Source: Azolla caroliniana
Taxonomy: Eukaryota > Plantae > Polypodiophyta
Direction: 5' to 3'
DNA length: 64,000 bases
Assembly (NCBI GenBank): GCA_043228905.1
Contig: JBHGNT010000022.1
Coordinates: 7,626,001 to 7,690,000, forward strand
Part shown: positions 1 through 13,181 of the stretch, piece after piece
How positions within the stretch are numbered: position 1 is the first letter of the stretch
How the letters are laid out: every line of letters begins with the position of its first letter
Translations under genes and position numbers: made by a program
Notes under the pieces: model-generated
Database searches by the model: none
Seen by the model: the letters and a program-made list of their open reading frames with translations, nothing else
Told to the model about the DNA's origin: nothing

Positions 1-496
1 TTTCTTCTTTTACGCGGGTCGCGTAGTTCGTGTTCATGCGGTAGCGACGCTGCTGGACGGGTTTTGCATTGGTTGCTAAATTGATCTTATGTTGATAGAA
101 CTTCGGATCTAACCCCTTCATGTCCTCGTGAGCCTAGGCGAACACATCTTTATATTTCTTGAGTAGTTCGATCATCGTGTCTCTCTGGTCCGGCCTTAAT
201 TCCTTTGCGATGGAGAGAAAACGGGGTTCTGACGTCGTACCCATGTTTACTTCTTCCAAGGCGGAGGCGGTGACTCACCGTGAAATTTCCATTTCCCTCT
301 CGAATGTTGCCCGTGCTCTGCTTAGTTCCAATATTACCTCCGGATTTGGTTCGTAAGCCTCGTCGTGGAGAATAGTGGTCGTGGCATATTCTGTCGCGGT
401 TGCGATGACGTTGATTTCAAACAGCTCGTTTAGGTATGCCTCTAATTCTGCATCCTCCACCCCAACCAACATATTTATATCTTCCGTGTACAAATG
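1..496 (-). mobile_element. Truncated fragment of a Gypsy element of family A (protease-RT linker and RT start), running off the window edge
   Basis: Reverse complement closely matches ~32290-32806 (for example CGCTACCGCATGAAC.CGAACTACGCGACCCGCGTAAAAGAAGAAA). ORF 275..685 gives EDINMLVGVEDAELEAYL...ELSRARATFEREMEISR, as in ORF 31651..32673. Confidence 0.9.
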
Positions 497-1455
497 GACC
501 CATGTAATTGTTGACTCGGTCATCGTGGATAAAACCAGGTGCAAGATATGGAACTCATCCCTCCTCGAGAGGGTCACGGTGTTTTTTTGGTTAATCGCCC
601 ATTGAGTTGTTCCAACCAGAGAGTGACTGGGGAAACGGGGTGGCATGACTAATTGCAAGGCCTGTGGAGCGAGTTTGGAGGACATCTCACATTGTTTGTG
701 GAGCTACCAACGAGCCCAAGAAGTTTGGATGAGGAGCCTAAGAATTCTGGCTCGATGCGGAGTTGAAGTTCAGGTATCAAGTGCAACAGTTGTTTGGTTA
801 GCCATTGAATCGGCTACATGGTTTCATGGGTGGAATGGAAATAGTCCTTTAAAGGTGGTGAATGGAACTATACAACCTTCAATTCAAGGAGGTTCATTCT
901 ACATACAAGAACGGTACGTAGATATTTGGTTTTTAGTGGTTGGCCTTACTGTTTGGCAAGTGTGGGTATCTAGGTGCAACGAGTCGTTTACCGGGAAGCG
1001 AACCCCATCGACTAAGAGTTTAATGATGATTTGGTTTAATCTGATTTCTACGCTACAAGGAAAGTTTGACAACCTTCAAGGGCCCTCTAACGCGAGTGAA
1101 GAGGTTAAATACCGCTTCCTTCTAAAATGGAGAGGTTCTCTAATGCTACAAATGGTGGATGGCAATGCAAAGTGGATTTATCAGCCACCCCAGTGGCTGT
1201 TTCCTCCAATGGTACCAAACATAGAGGTGGGTGTTGAATTGTGAAGAGATTAGAGGATTTCTTTGCTGAATGTGGGTTGTGTGAGGCTCATGTTGAGGGG
1301 ATTCTATCGAGTAATACTGTGTTGAGGCTTTGTTGCTTCATTTATACATGTTGTTTTCTTGTAGCCATGCAAATTGGCTTGTAAAATATGAGTTGTATAT
1401 TATCCTGTGTACTTTTTCTTAACTAATGGAAGTTGTAATTTTTTTGGAAAAAAAG
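497..1455 (+). mobile_element. 3' fragment of an L1-type LINE (ORF2 C-terminal zf-RVT/CCHC region, 3' UTR and short A tail), with stop codons
   Basis: One frame reads KIWNSSLLERVTVFFWLIAH*VVPTRE*LGKRGGMTNCKACGASLEDISHCLWSY..AQEVW and WQVWVSRCN, the typical plant L1 C-terminal pattern. Stop at 1244; A-run near 1448-1455. Confidence 0.75.
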
Positions 1456-2739
1456 AGGTTGGAATCGTAGGAATATTACTTTTGTTAGAACAAGTTCACT
1501 TTTCAATCAAGTTTTTTATGTATGTGATCAATTATGAGTATTAATGATCGTAAAGAATCATGATTAGGTTTATTTTATCTTTTCATAGATATAACTTACC
1601 AATTTGATATGACTAAGCAATTGATTGTTAAGTTACAAACTTGATTTGTCAAATTTTTTAAGTCTAAATGAAGAAAGGTGATGGTATAGTTATAAATCTT
1701 GTACTTAATATCTTAAGTTCTCATGAATTTAAGTCTCAAGTAATGGCTCTCTTTTCATGAAATCTCCTTTGTGTAGGTTGAGATCATACATACAAACAAT
1801 CGAGACAATCTATTATTTTGAGAGCTTGTCTAGGTTGAAAAGCCATTGTAAATGCTTTATTTTTAAGAAAGTTTTATTGCATGTTAATTCTTGTCCCCTT
1901 TTGCTCACACATATCTCTTCATGAAGGTTACACTATATTTATGGTTCTCCTATACTTTTGGCGTGTCGCTAATATTTGTCTCTCTCAATGGTTTCTCCGG
2001 GTGATTTTGTCAATATTCGAAAGTACGAGGTGATGGATGCATAATATTGTGGTTCGTTCCATGAAAAGGCACAACTATATGTTCTTCCTCAAATATAGAC
2101 TTTACAATAATTTAGCCAAATAGACTTCCCCCTAAACAATAGACTTCAATACTAAACAATGTTGCATGCAAACACAATGTGATGATGGTGTCTTGCAATG
2201 GTCTTATATGTATGGAAAATAACATGGCAAACATGTCTAGTTTTTCAAACAAAAAGATTCTATTTTTGAAAACCCCTCTAGTTATATGACATTACCTCTA
2301 GTTTCATTTAACCTTGCTTGGAAAGTCACAAAATGAAACATGGTTTTCAAGACGAAAAACCAACAATGTTTATTTATAAAGGAAACACAATAATACACCT
2401 CTTGCCAATACAATTGCAAAGAAGAGGAAGTGCATCATTTTGTGCTCTACACATAACATCATGTTTTTAATCATAACAATAACATAATTGTTTTTTATTC
2501 TTTGATGTATATAGCCTTTTGAAAACAATGCTTCAAAAAAATGATATAGAAAGGGAGTCGGGGCTAGTAAACAAGACACTCTATACAAAGAGCTTGTTTT
2601 TATATCACAAAACATAAAGAGAAGCCACAGGGAAAAGGCACATAAATCTTATTCTAATGGATTTCAAAGTTACACTTCTACAATGTATCTATCACAACAA
2701 ATAGATATATGCTTTCCATTATTTTTCCTATCACATTAT

Positions 2740-3310
2740 ATTGAGCACTTTTGTGTGGAGGATAAGTTTCTGACACACTTATGTATGTTATACACCTTGA
2801 TACCAAATAATATATTTGTTGTGCTCATGACATGTGGCATGGAAGGCTCGATTTCATTTGGTTATGCTATATGGTTGTCTCTACAAAAGAATGCATGGAT
2901 GTGTGGAGATAGGATTCCTCCTTGGCCCTCATAGTGCACAGAACCCATTGGACATGGACAACAATTAGATGCACACAAATTGGGGGGTCACAAAATCTAC
3001 AAGAAGCATGGTCAACTGTGGCATCAATCGTCTATGGAACATTTGGAAATACAAATGTCTCAAATGGTACTCAGGGGAAACACACACAATTGCAAATGTC
3101 ATCACAAGTATATGGACGGATCTAGTGGTATCCTTGCTTGCACAATTCAGAAACCTATAGGGAGCTTCAAAGTCTCAAGAATTGGCACAAGCTGAATTTA
3201 TCTCTTTGGGAAACCACACCACTAGTGGACTTCACGTAAGGACATCTGAAATGGTGCTACCAGCCATCTCATTAGCTCTACCCCCCTTGGCCAACAAATC
3301 ACCCATATTG
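2740..3310 (+). mobile_element. Second, more decayed L1 ORF2 3' fragment
   Basis: Frameshifted peptides LWNIWKYKCLKWYSG, IWTDLVVSL and KWCYQPSH*LYPP parallel WQVWVSRC, IWFNLISTL and KWIYQPPQWLFPP in ORF 645..1244. Confidence 0.55.
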
Positions 3311-5491
3311 CCTTCAGTCATATCAATGTCTCACTGCATTCAGAAGCTTGCTAGCTGTGTTTTGATGCTTGTTGAAAAATAACAAGTTTTGTCATGCAAC
3401 TATATGTTGTTATGTGGACAACGATTGCCCCCCCCTTTTTTTTATCTAAGGTGTCACACAACGATAGCCAGATATATATGAAAGCGACATGTAAATAGTA
3501 GAGTATCTATAGATACTTACTGTATATGCGATTCACCTAACTAATGGGAAGCAGTTTTTTCTCAAAAAAAAATATTCGTTGTGCATCATTAACTTATTAG
3601 GTTGTGTGTGTGTGTAAAGGCACACAATTATATTAATAATTGTATTTAAAATCCACTTATTACAACTTCTTAGTCCTCTACCTACCTATGTAGGGAGAGG
3701 AACATCTTGGAAAGCCATAAAAAAACTTGAATATGCACTTGAGGAAATGATACCCACATGCTCCAACATCCAAAAATTGAACATGAGAATGCCTTTCAAC
3801 TTCTTCACATAGGCTTTCACCCCATGTCTACTACAAACATGAAAGCATTACGTATATTCCAATTGTGTTGCAGTCCCCAATATTATAAAAATTTGAACAA
3901 TATCTCGAGCTCGTAATTTGGACCATTTTGAACATATTGCGCAAAAACCTATTGTTGAGGCCTCAAATAACAATGGGTTAAAACTTGCCAACTATCTGAT
4001 GAGTATTTCCAAATGATCTTTCTGTCTGTCTCTCTTTACTTAAACAACCCATCAATAAGAAAATTTTGGTATCTCTTCTAGTCATAATGTTTTTGGTAAT
4101 GAAGTTACTCCTTAAGCATGATTTGTGAGCAACTAGAAGAAAGAGTCATTTGCTAGCTTCAAGTTATACCAAGACTTCTTCCTCCAACACAATGTGAAAA
4201 TTGTTTTTGAACTAACACTAGTGCTAAACAAATTATTGCAAAAACTTGAAAGAAAGTTTAGAGAGTGGAGAGAAAACAAGTTAAACATCACATCAACCAT
4301 GATTTTTCGTTTAATGATTAAGAAACATTAGGTGGTCACACTGCCTATGAAAAAGCCAAAGATCCTAAATCTTTGTGACTTTGAGTTTGAATAATAAGAA
4401 ATTCATAGGCATTACTTAGTGTTGCCTTTCTTATTTGAGGACATGGTATTGACTTAACGAATAAGATTGCCAGAAAACATAGTCTAGTGGATGTACCTCT
4501 ATCCCATGGCACACTTCTTGTAATTTAGAACGGAATGATATTGTTTCTCATTGTTGGGTCAAGTGGAAAGTGAAATTGTAAATGCATTTTCATAAGAGCA
4601 GAACTCTTAGTGTGCATGATGTGAGACTAAAAATAATATGAAGTTTTTTTATGATGCTTTGCACGGTAGTGTGCACGATCTCGTTCTTTTTTATCTTTTG
4701 TCAATCATAAGTCAATCAAATATTGCATGTATAATTTGAATGTAGAAGTTATTACAATTCCTTGGGGAAATCTAAGCTATTATGGGTAGGATTGGACCAC
4801 AAACTCAACACTATGTAGAAACATTTGCTTTTCACCTAAGACACAAGTGAGAGAATTTCGGTTGGCTTAACATGATTTGAAATAATTGAGTTGTTTAAAT
4901 ATTTAATTCAATGGTTTAGAGATTATGACGTTTTAGATAGAATGAGAACGATGAAGGTTTTAGAATGTGAAACATGTGCAACGGAATAGTATCGTACTAG
5001 ATTTTTAAGAAATTTGCAAACATTTTTAAAAATAGCAATATAAGGTCTAGAATTTGGATAGAATTGACGGGGACCTAATAAAGTCTCATGCGTATATTTT
5101 GTCGATGTGTAAAGGCAAATGTGTCACTTTGGCACCGAATGGCGTCTTATAAGGAACTTTACTTTCACATTTCGTACTCTAATAATTCAAGAATTGTAGA
5201 GTCTAAGGGAATTTCTTCAAAACTACACATGGGAACATTGACAATATGAATTCTACTATGCATAGAAAAAGGCCACAATTTTAGTGAACAATGTCATCGT
5301 GATGAAATTCGAGCTTGCGTTGCCTTCTCTCGCATGTTTGTTGTATGCATTTCATGAAGCCATCCGTTTTGAATAAAGTTATTGTTGTCCATCTAATAAC
5401 AAGACGGGAGAACCGACCCAAATCGGTGGATGTCATAAAAAAGATCAATAAACAGTTTTGCATGTTCCGTCTCGAGATCGTCGAAATAGGC

Positions 5492-5531
5492 TGGGGGAGG
5501 GGGGGACAGAGGGGGGGGGGGGGGGGGGGGG
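5492..5531 (+). repeat. Poly-G / G-rich tract upstream of the PIF gene
   Basis: GGGGAGGGGGGGACAGA followed by a run of about 21 G. Confidence 0.8.
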
Positions 5532-5996
5532 TAGAGTCGAGAGGTTCCCTGATCACACGACATCGTAAGATTTAAAAAGCCATAAAAAAAAGGGCAAGTA
5601 GGATATTATTTTCTCGGTCGTACACAAGTAGCTTAAGTCATAACCTAAAAACCAATCTCCGGAATTTTGAGAGGTAAAACCATAATCAAGGATGAAAAGA
5701 CCAATAAATCGAGAATCAGGGCAGATCGAGAGAGATATATAACGAACAAGCTTGTAGTATCGATTCGGACATTACAACTGGAGACTTCGACCGAAGGAAG
5801 CGGGAGTTCGGAAAATGTGGTTAACGGGCAAGGGTGAAGTGAAGCTGAGACGGGTCTGCGAGCCGATCTTTAACTTACTTTCACACCATTCAATATGGAT
5901 ATGATATACCCATCCAATTGGAATGTGCATAATATGAATGGAATATGTATGTATAGAGAGAGGGGGTTAAAAACAAAATAAAGAAGGCACAAAATT

Positions 5997-6031
5997 AGAA
6001 GAAGAAGAAGAAGAAGAAGAAGAAGAAGAAG
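5997..6031 (+). repeat. (GAA)n microsatellite near the probable PIF promoter
   Basis: About 11 GAA units; TATATA at 6061 just downstream. Confidence 0.85.
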
Positions 6032-8046
6032 GATTGGGTGTGGGCCTGTCTTATTGAGTGTATATATGTAAACAGACAGAGAGCTTCTTCCCTAATAATA
6101 ATAAGCTTTCCATTTCATGAGGGAGTGAAGAGGAGACAGGAACACAGCAGACCACCAAACAAAACAGAGCTGCTGAGCTGTTGTTGTTGGTGTTCTGTTG
6201 TGGTCTTCTTTCTACATTTCATTCAGGAGCAGATAGATTGAAGAAGAAGGAGGAATTAGACAGAAAAAGAAGGAAGAAGATATCTTTACCGGTCTCACTG
6301 TAAGCATTGGAAAAGGAATTTCACCTATCCATCCATCCATCCGCTTATCTTCTGGCATGTTTCTGATAGATGCAAAATAGAGATATATCATACCCTTTTT
6401 TTTTTGCTTTTTTTTGCTTTTTGTTTTTGTTTTTCACAGAGGTGTTGTAGTTTCTTAATCAATTTCTCCACCCCCAAAAGACAACCAGATTGATTTATTC
6501 TTTCCCCCTCAAATGAGCATTTCTTCTGCTTCATCATCAAATGCCCACCATGATGACTGTCATGATCCACCACCATGGTGATGGTGGTGGTGATGATGAT
6601 GATGATTATGATTCCTTCACCAAATGTCCATGATGGTCTGCACTCTTCACCTTCATGACCATGGTTTCTTCACCGAATTTCCACCGTGGTATGCTTTTCT
6701 TCACCTCCAGGACCATACTCTTTTTTCTTTCTTAAAAAGCAAGCACAAAAGAAAAACAAAGAGGAATGCCCCTGTTTTTATTGTTTTTTCTTATTCCCTT
6801 CACCGAAAGGTATGGTATGATCTCTTCATCAGAATGACCTGTAAATTTATTCCGCAACAAACGATATGTAAATTTCTTCATCACAGAAGCATGTAGTGAA
6901 TCATGATGATGACGGTGACTCCTTCACCCAAAACATGACTTGTTACTTTTACCTTGCTTTCTTCATCAAATGGCATCAAAATCTCTTTAGCAGAGTAAAG
7001 TTCTAGTAATCTCTTCATCACAGGGTAATGATTCTGGAAACAGATCCAGTAAGTTTGAAAGTTCTCATTGTCTTGTTTCAGATTTGATTTGATCGTATCA
7101 GCTTATTTATTTCTTCTTTTTGCTTCAAGTTTAACTTGGTTTATGATCAGTGAGTGGTCTTTTTGTTTGTCATCAATGATCTTCATGTTGTTCTTTTTTA
7201 GTCAAGTTCTGGTTAGATAAAATATTATTCAAGTTTAACTTTCTCGTTTTGCTTCCATGAACTTATCTTTCTTTTTCTTACTCTTCTGTTGTTGTAGGTT
7301 TCCATATTCTTGTTGACCTTATATCTTTCACTCTGTTAAATATTTAAAGACGAAGAGAGGACTGTTCCGAAACGGTAAGTTTTTGGTTTCTAAATATTTT
7401 GATTAGCATTTTCCTGTGTAAATATAATGGGCATTTGTTTTCAGCTATGGAAAGCTGTAACATGAGAAAAACTACTGTAAAAAATTATCCATGTATATTG
7501 AAAGGATGGTCATATTCTCTTTTCAGTTTTATAAAAAAAAATACAATTATATTGTCACCCATCTATTGAACTTGTTTTCTGCAATGAAATGGTGTTAAAA
7601 ATTACAAGATACTATGAGAAAAGATAGCATTAGCCTCTTTGCTGTCTTGTCTGTCTATAATGGGCATTTTTTGTTTTTTCATGTATAATTGCATATTTGT
7701 TTAGGTCTGTCCAGTGAAAATGCCACATAATTATGCAGAGGCTATCAATGGCTTTTCTAGTTAAGCCAAACTTTTGTGGATCTCATGGGAGAGAATTAAT
7801 ATAGCAGGAACACTGGCTAGAGAATCTTGAACATGTTGATTGCAAACATCTCTGTAAAGGGAACAAATTTGGAGCAACGAAAGATATACACATTTCTACT
7901 AAATTCATATAAAATGTTGTGTGGCATTTTCTTATGAAAGTTTCCTGATTATGAGAAGGAAACACAACCGATAAATTACGGACATGCGAGACTAATACAG
8001 TATCTCTGCTGTAAAAAAAGACTTTATCTCCAACTTAGGGCTCACA

Positions 8047-11000
8047 ATGGATCAACAGATGGTACCAGAATGGGATGGTGGCAATTGCCGAGACTCTTTA
8101 GATTTAATTTGGGGATCCCCTGATTCATTGTCTCCGAGCAAAGGAAGATGGGATACTGGACAACCAATTAAAATATCTGATCATGGCTTTGTGTAAGTCA
8201 TTCGCATCATCCTCATACCACTCAAATTATCAGAATTTATTGAAATGTCAATTGAACATTCAAGACCCATATATTTTAGCTAGGGAAGTCGCGGTGTTCC
8301 AGTTTAACACAAGGAAAAGCTCATCATTGTCACTTTTTTTTTTCTGCAGTCCAGACCGTGATTTTGAAGAACTTTGTTGGGAAGATGGGCAGCTTCTAGT
8401 GGTTATGAAAGATCTTGGTACTGCCACTAGCAAAGGGAATATACGGGTGCAAAATGACGCCGATCAATTCGCCCCGGTTGATGAGATAGCATCAGTACAA
8501 TCAGAGGTCGATGGCACCATGATCACTAATCTCAACAATGGAGTATCTATTTATCCTTCAAGTATGAATTTGAATCCACAAGAAGATGAATTGCTCTCTT
8601 GGCTGCAATACCCTTTAGATGAACCTGAAATACTTACGAATTCTGGGCATGTACCATCTTTCGAAAGGGTTTCCCACGGTGGCCTTATAAGACATGATGC
8701 CAATAAAGATGCGACCTTGATAAATTTGGAAGAAACTTACGTAGCTGGATTGACGTCAAGTATCCGTCGATGGGACAATACATTTGTGTCGACGCCGATG
8801 ACAGCATCTGTGCAAAAACCGCCCATCCATAGTAGTGAAAATAAAGAGGCAATTGATAACAGTTCAATGCTTACTGTGAGCACGGACATATTGCCTTCAG
8901 TGGTGAGAGCAGACATATCGTCATCAGCAAAGGAGGAGATATTGCCATTGATAAAGGCAGATATATTGCCATTGGTTAGTGCTGGTTCCTCAGCCGTCTC
9001 CAACAGAGCAATAAACTTCTCAAACGAACTTGAAAGCTCTATGAACTTCTCGAATTTTGCTCGCCCAGCTGCCACATTCAAAGCTAACCTTCACTTATTA
9101 GGCATAGCCAGTGGTCTTACTGGAGCCAAGCGCTTAAAAAACCTTAATAGAGTGGCTGCTGTTGATGCATTAAAACCAGAATCATTTGATTCCTCAAAAA
9201 AAACTCATGTATCACAAATTGTCCCAAATTTTAATGCCTCTATAGCTCATAACCATCCATCAGGTTATCTTTCTTCATGGAATGAAGCTAAGGATGGTGC
9301 TACTGCTGATGAGAGATTCGATGGAAGCCCTGAGCTTGTCAGTAGAAGTAATGGTTCGAAATCGTCAATTATTGGCAGTGTGTGTGTACCAGATGTTGTT
9401 GAAGCTGTAGAGCCATCGGCCACATTGTCTTCCAGTGGTTCAGAGGATGTTGACCTGGATGAGAAAAGAGCTTCTGGTAGGAGAAAGGCTTATGACGAAG
9501 AATCGGAAATTCAAAGCCAAGTATATGCCGTGACTTGATTCATTCATCTCTTTGGCATTGGAAATATCAAATATGTTCCCTGTTGTTGGAAAGCTCAAAT
9601 ATTCAGTTTCTTATAATGTTCTTTTCTTCTATCAGAAAGCTCAAATAATTATTTACTTGCTTTGGAACGCTTATGTCTCTACTTTGAATTGAAAATCACA
9701 AAGATGTCTTCTTGCATTGGAAAACTTAAACTTCTCTGATTGCAAGAGAAAATACAAATTTTCTTTCTTGTGTTGGGAAGTGCAAATTTGTTTTCTTACA
9801 TTGGAAACTCCAAACATCTTTTCAAAGCAAGCTCAATGCCTAAGTCTTATTAATTGTGGTTTAGGCTTTGGAGAGTGAAACAGCAAGTATTAAGAAGCTT
9901 GGGACAGCAGGGGAAGGTAACATAAACAAGAAGAGGAGGATTGCTGAGAGTCATAACCAATCAGAAAGAGTAAAAAACATTTGGATTCTATCTGTTTAAA
10001 TTCTTCGTCCTAAGAGTGTTACCTTTGGCTCTTGGATATAGTGGCTCATGTACAATATGAAAACTAAAGAACTTCATACACTTCAGCTTAGAACATTTAC
10101 AGACCTGAGGTACAAATGTATTGTGCACTGAAAATCAGAATTTTGGATGCGATTGCAGAGGAGGAGAGATCGGATTAGCGAGAAAATGAAAGTCCTGCAA
10201 TCACTTGTACCGAATTCACACAAGGTCATTCATTCAGTTTAGCTTTCATGCTTAGGATTGCAAGATAAACTATTAAGGGCTCATATGTTATATACATGTG
10301 TATGTGTATCTGTGTGTGTGTGATCTCCCACCAGCAGTATGTGTATATGCATGTGTGTGATCTCTCACTAGTAATATAATATACTACAAGAACTAAAAGC
10401 ATCTTATATTTCAGTCAGACAAAGCATCTATGCTGGAAGAAGTTATTAGATACATCAAGGCGCTCAAAGCCCAAATTAAAGTGAGTTATTTAAAACAGGT
10501 TTTCATTTGAGTTATCCATTAAATTTCTTTAATTCCTTTTATCAATAAAATCTACCGTTTGGTAACAAAATTGTACAACTAATAACATGAAAAACTACCG
10601 GGTTGCAGATGATTTCATGTAGTAATGGTGGCAGGTATTTCCTTTCACCGATGCTCTTACCACAAGGAATGCAGCCAGTGACAATGGCCTCATGGGCACC
10701 GTCCATAACAATGGGCATGCCAGGGGTGAACATGGGTATCCCTAGTCCAACGATGACTTCTATTAGCGGAAGACAATATCCACAATTGCAACCGATTCCG
10801 TCTGTCCATACTACACAAACTAACAATACTGGCACTATACCTTCAGCGAAATTTAATGTAACAGCCCAGGAACCCCTCAAACCGGCTGCAACACATGGAA
10901 GTATGCCAGCTTGCAATCCTGTGCCAATGCAACGGCTCCAGAAACCTGTCCAGGTACTTTTATATTCTCAACTCAAAATTTGCTCATCCGGTTCTAAAAT

Positions 11001-12045
11001 CCGATTTTTGATCATTCAAAAATTATGTAATATGTACATGTACATGTATATGGATCTCTCTTTACTATGATGCCCCACCTTGACTATGTTGCAGCTGCTT
11101 TTTCCCATTTTGCAGTCCTGATGTATCCCGAAGCATGTTTCTCCCTCCCCATGTCACAGTTGCAACAATCATTAGTAAAATTCTTGAACATTGAGAGGCA
11201 CTTATAAACTCCATATACCATACATGAAAATGCTCTATTTTGGTTTAGGTTATATTAGACTTTGGCGACAATAGTAGAATCTGTATGTGTATGCATGTAA
11301 GCCTTGTTATACCCAAGGTGAGAAGCCATTTGTTATTATTATTAACAAGGTTTAAATTCTCTCTAATTGCGGTAAATTACTAGATGCCATTGAGAAATGT
11401 AGGGGTTCTGTGTCTTGTACCCTAAGGTGTAAGCCATGATTTTTTGCTAGCCAGGTTTCAATTCTCAGTAGTTGCAGTAATTTAGTAGACGCCTCTGTGG
11501 AATGTAATGGTTGAAGGCATGACTTCTCAGTCTGACTACCATACACTTCCTTTCTTTCACCTGAGAGGAGAGTTCTATTTCATGTCCATGGGAGACAGAA
11601 GTAAACGGATTTATAGACGATGTTTGCACACATTAGTAAAAGATCTAAAAATAGAATTATAACATTGCGAATAGCTAGCTCGATATTTATTTCTCCAAAT
11701 TTTGTGCATGGATGTAGGGGGGATTACCTTTTTGCCATAGAATCTTGAGTTGGCATAAGTTACTTGAAGTGGTCATGCTTCCTTGTTAAGGCAAAAGTGT
11801 GTGTCGAGAGTTATTGCTGGGTATGTAGATGTACACAAAGTACCAGTACTTTGTGTGTTTCATACTGTATCTATCTATATATTATTATTATTTGGCAAAG
11901 TTGGTAAAGTTTTCCCACACATATATGTGTGCATTTGAAATGACAGGTATTGACAGCAGGAGCAAATGACAATGGTTTGACACATAATCACCTGCATCAT
12001 TATCCTTCAACTTTCATGGCATGCGGTGGGCGATTGCACCAATGA
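8047..12045 (+). CDS. PIF: Phytochrome-interacting factor (PIF)-family bHLH transcription factor, ~665 aa, 7 coding exons
   Basis: Exons with GT-AG borders that keep frame: 8047-8192, 8350-9520, 9865-9969, 10159-10224, 10415-10480, 10609-10953, 11947-12045 (last exon least certain). Motifs: N-terminal MDQQMVPEWD, APB-like FEELCWEDGQL, QEDELLSWLQYPLD, APA-like MNFSNFARPA, and bHLH [58 protein letters not shown] with H-E-R residues and the three PIF-type bHLH introns. Confidence 0.92.
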
Positions 12046-12356
12046 TCCATGTCCCTTAATACCCCCATCCCAGCGAAAGTTGCCGCACTGTAATATACCT
12101 TGGAAGGTAAGATGAAAAATAAAACGGATATACATTATTTCTATCTCGTCATTCTGATCTATAATTATGTGCTTTGACACGCAGATCTGGAGACAGCTAT
12201 CCCCAAGCTGAAGGTATCTTATGATCTTATCATTAACTGAGCTCCATGTTATGGATGTCCTTTTGTTGTGTCTTTAGTTTTTTTTTTTTCATTGTTAACA
12301 AATGCAACAAGATCAGGAATAAGGTTCGAAAATTCTAACCAGTCTCGAATAGTAGA

Positions 12357-12692
12357 TCTCGTTGCGATACTAAACTGTAAAGTAGAAAATTTGGGATCAT
12401 GTGGTAATCCACAATCCTATGTAAATTATTGAGACTCCACAATAATGCATCCCTCAACAATTGCCCCAGTCTTTCTCTGAAAGAATATACTTTATGCACC
12501 ATAGGAACAAGAATGTTAAGTATTAAACTCGTTGCGATGCTAAACTGTAAAGTAGACAATTTGGGATCATGTGGTAATCCCCAATCCTATGTAAATTATT
12601 GAGACTCCAAAATAATATCATCGTTCAACACCATTCTTTCTCTGAAAGAATATACTTTATGCACCATAGGAACAAGAATGTCAAGTGTTAAA
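12357..12692. repeat. Imperfect ~170-bp tandem duplication downstream of PIF
   Basis: CTCGTTGCGAT.CTAAACTGTAAAGTAGA.AATTTGGGATCATGTGGTAATCC...GCACCATAGGAACAAGAATG at ~12358 and again at ~12528. Confidence 0.85.
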
Positions 12693-12887
12693 GATGGCAA
12701 CAATTATCATAGAAAATTTATATTGAAAGCTTGTGCTGTTTGAGGTATTGGGGCTTGTACATCTCTGCGAGACCAATTTACGTAGTTTATCTTAATCTTA
12801 GTTGGCTTTAGTGGATAAATGGGCTACGTTGCTAGGAACATGAGCAAATCATTTGTGAAAATCTTGAGCTATCAATTGTTTGTCAAA

Positions 12888-13181
12888 CGAGAAAAGTAGA
12901 ATGCTCTCTATTGCAACAAGCAATATCAGATTCGATGAAATCATTGCCTTACCATGGCCAAAGTATTAAACTTAGTCACTCCACAGTTTAACATATTGTA
13001 CGGCATTCTACAATTCCAACATGAAAATGAGGCAAGAGAAAAGTTTGAGAATGCTCTAGTGTAACAAGCAATATCAGATTCAATGAAATCCTTGTCATAC
13101 CATGGCCAAAGTATTAAACCTAGTCATTCCATTGTTTAACAGTCGATATGACTTTCCACAATTCCAACGTGATAATGAGGT
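12888..13181. repeat. Imperfect ~150-bp tandem duplication
   Basis: GAGAAAAGT..GAATGCTCT..CAAGCAATATCAGATTC..ACCATGGCCAAAGTATTAAAC..CAATTCCAAC.TGA.AATGAGG at ~12888 and ~13036. Confidence 0.8.

Noticed and set aside
8183-8349. ATG 8183 as the PIF start of the 451-aa ORF
   Set aside because: This stretch reads through intron 1 (GTAAGT at 8193, polypyrimidine-CAG at 8349). The PIF-like N-terminus starts at 8047.
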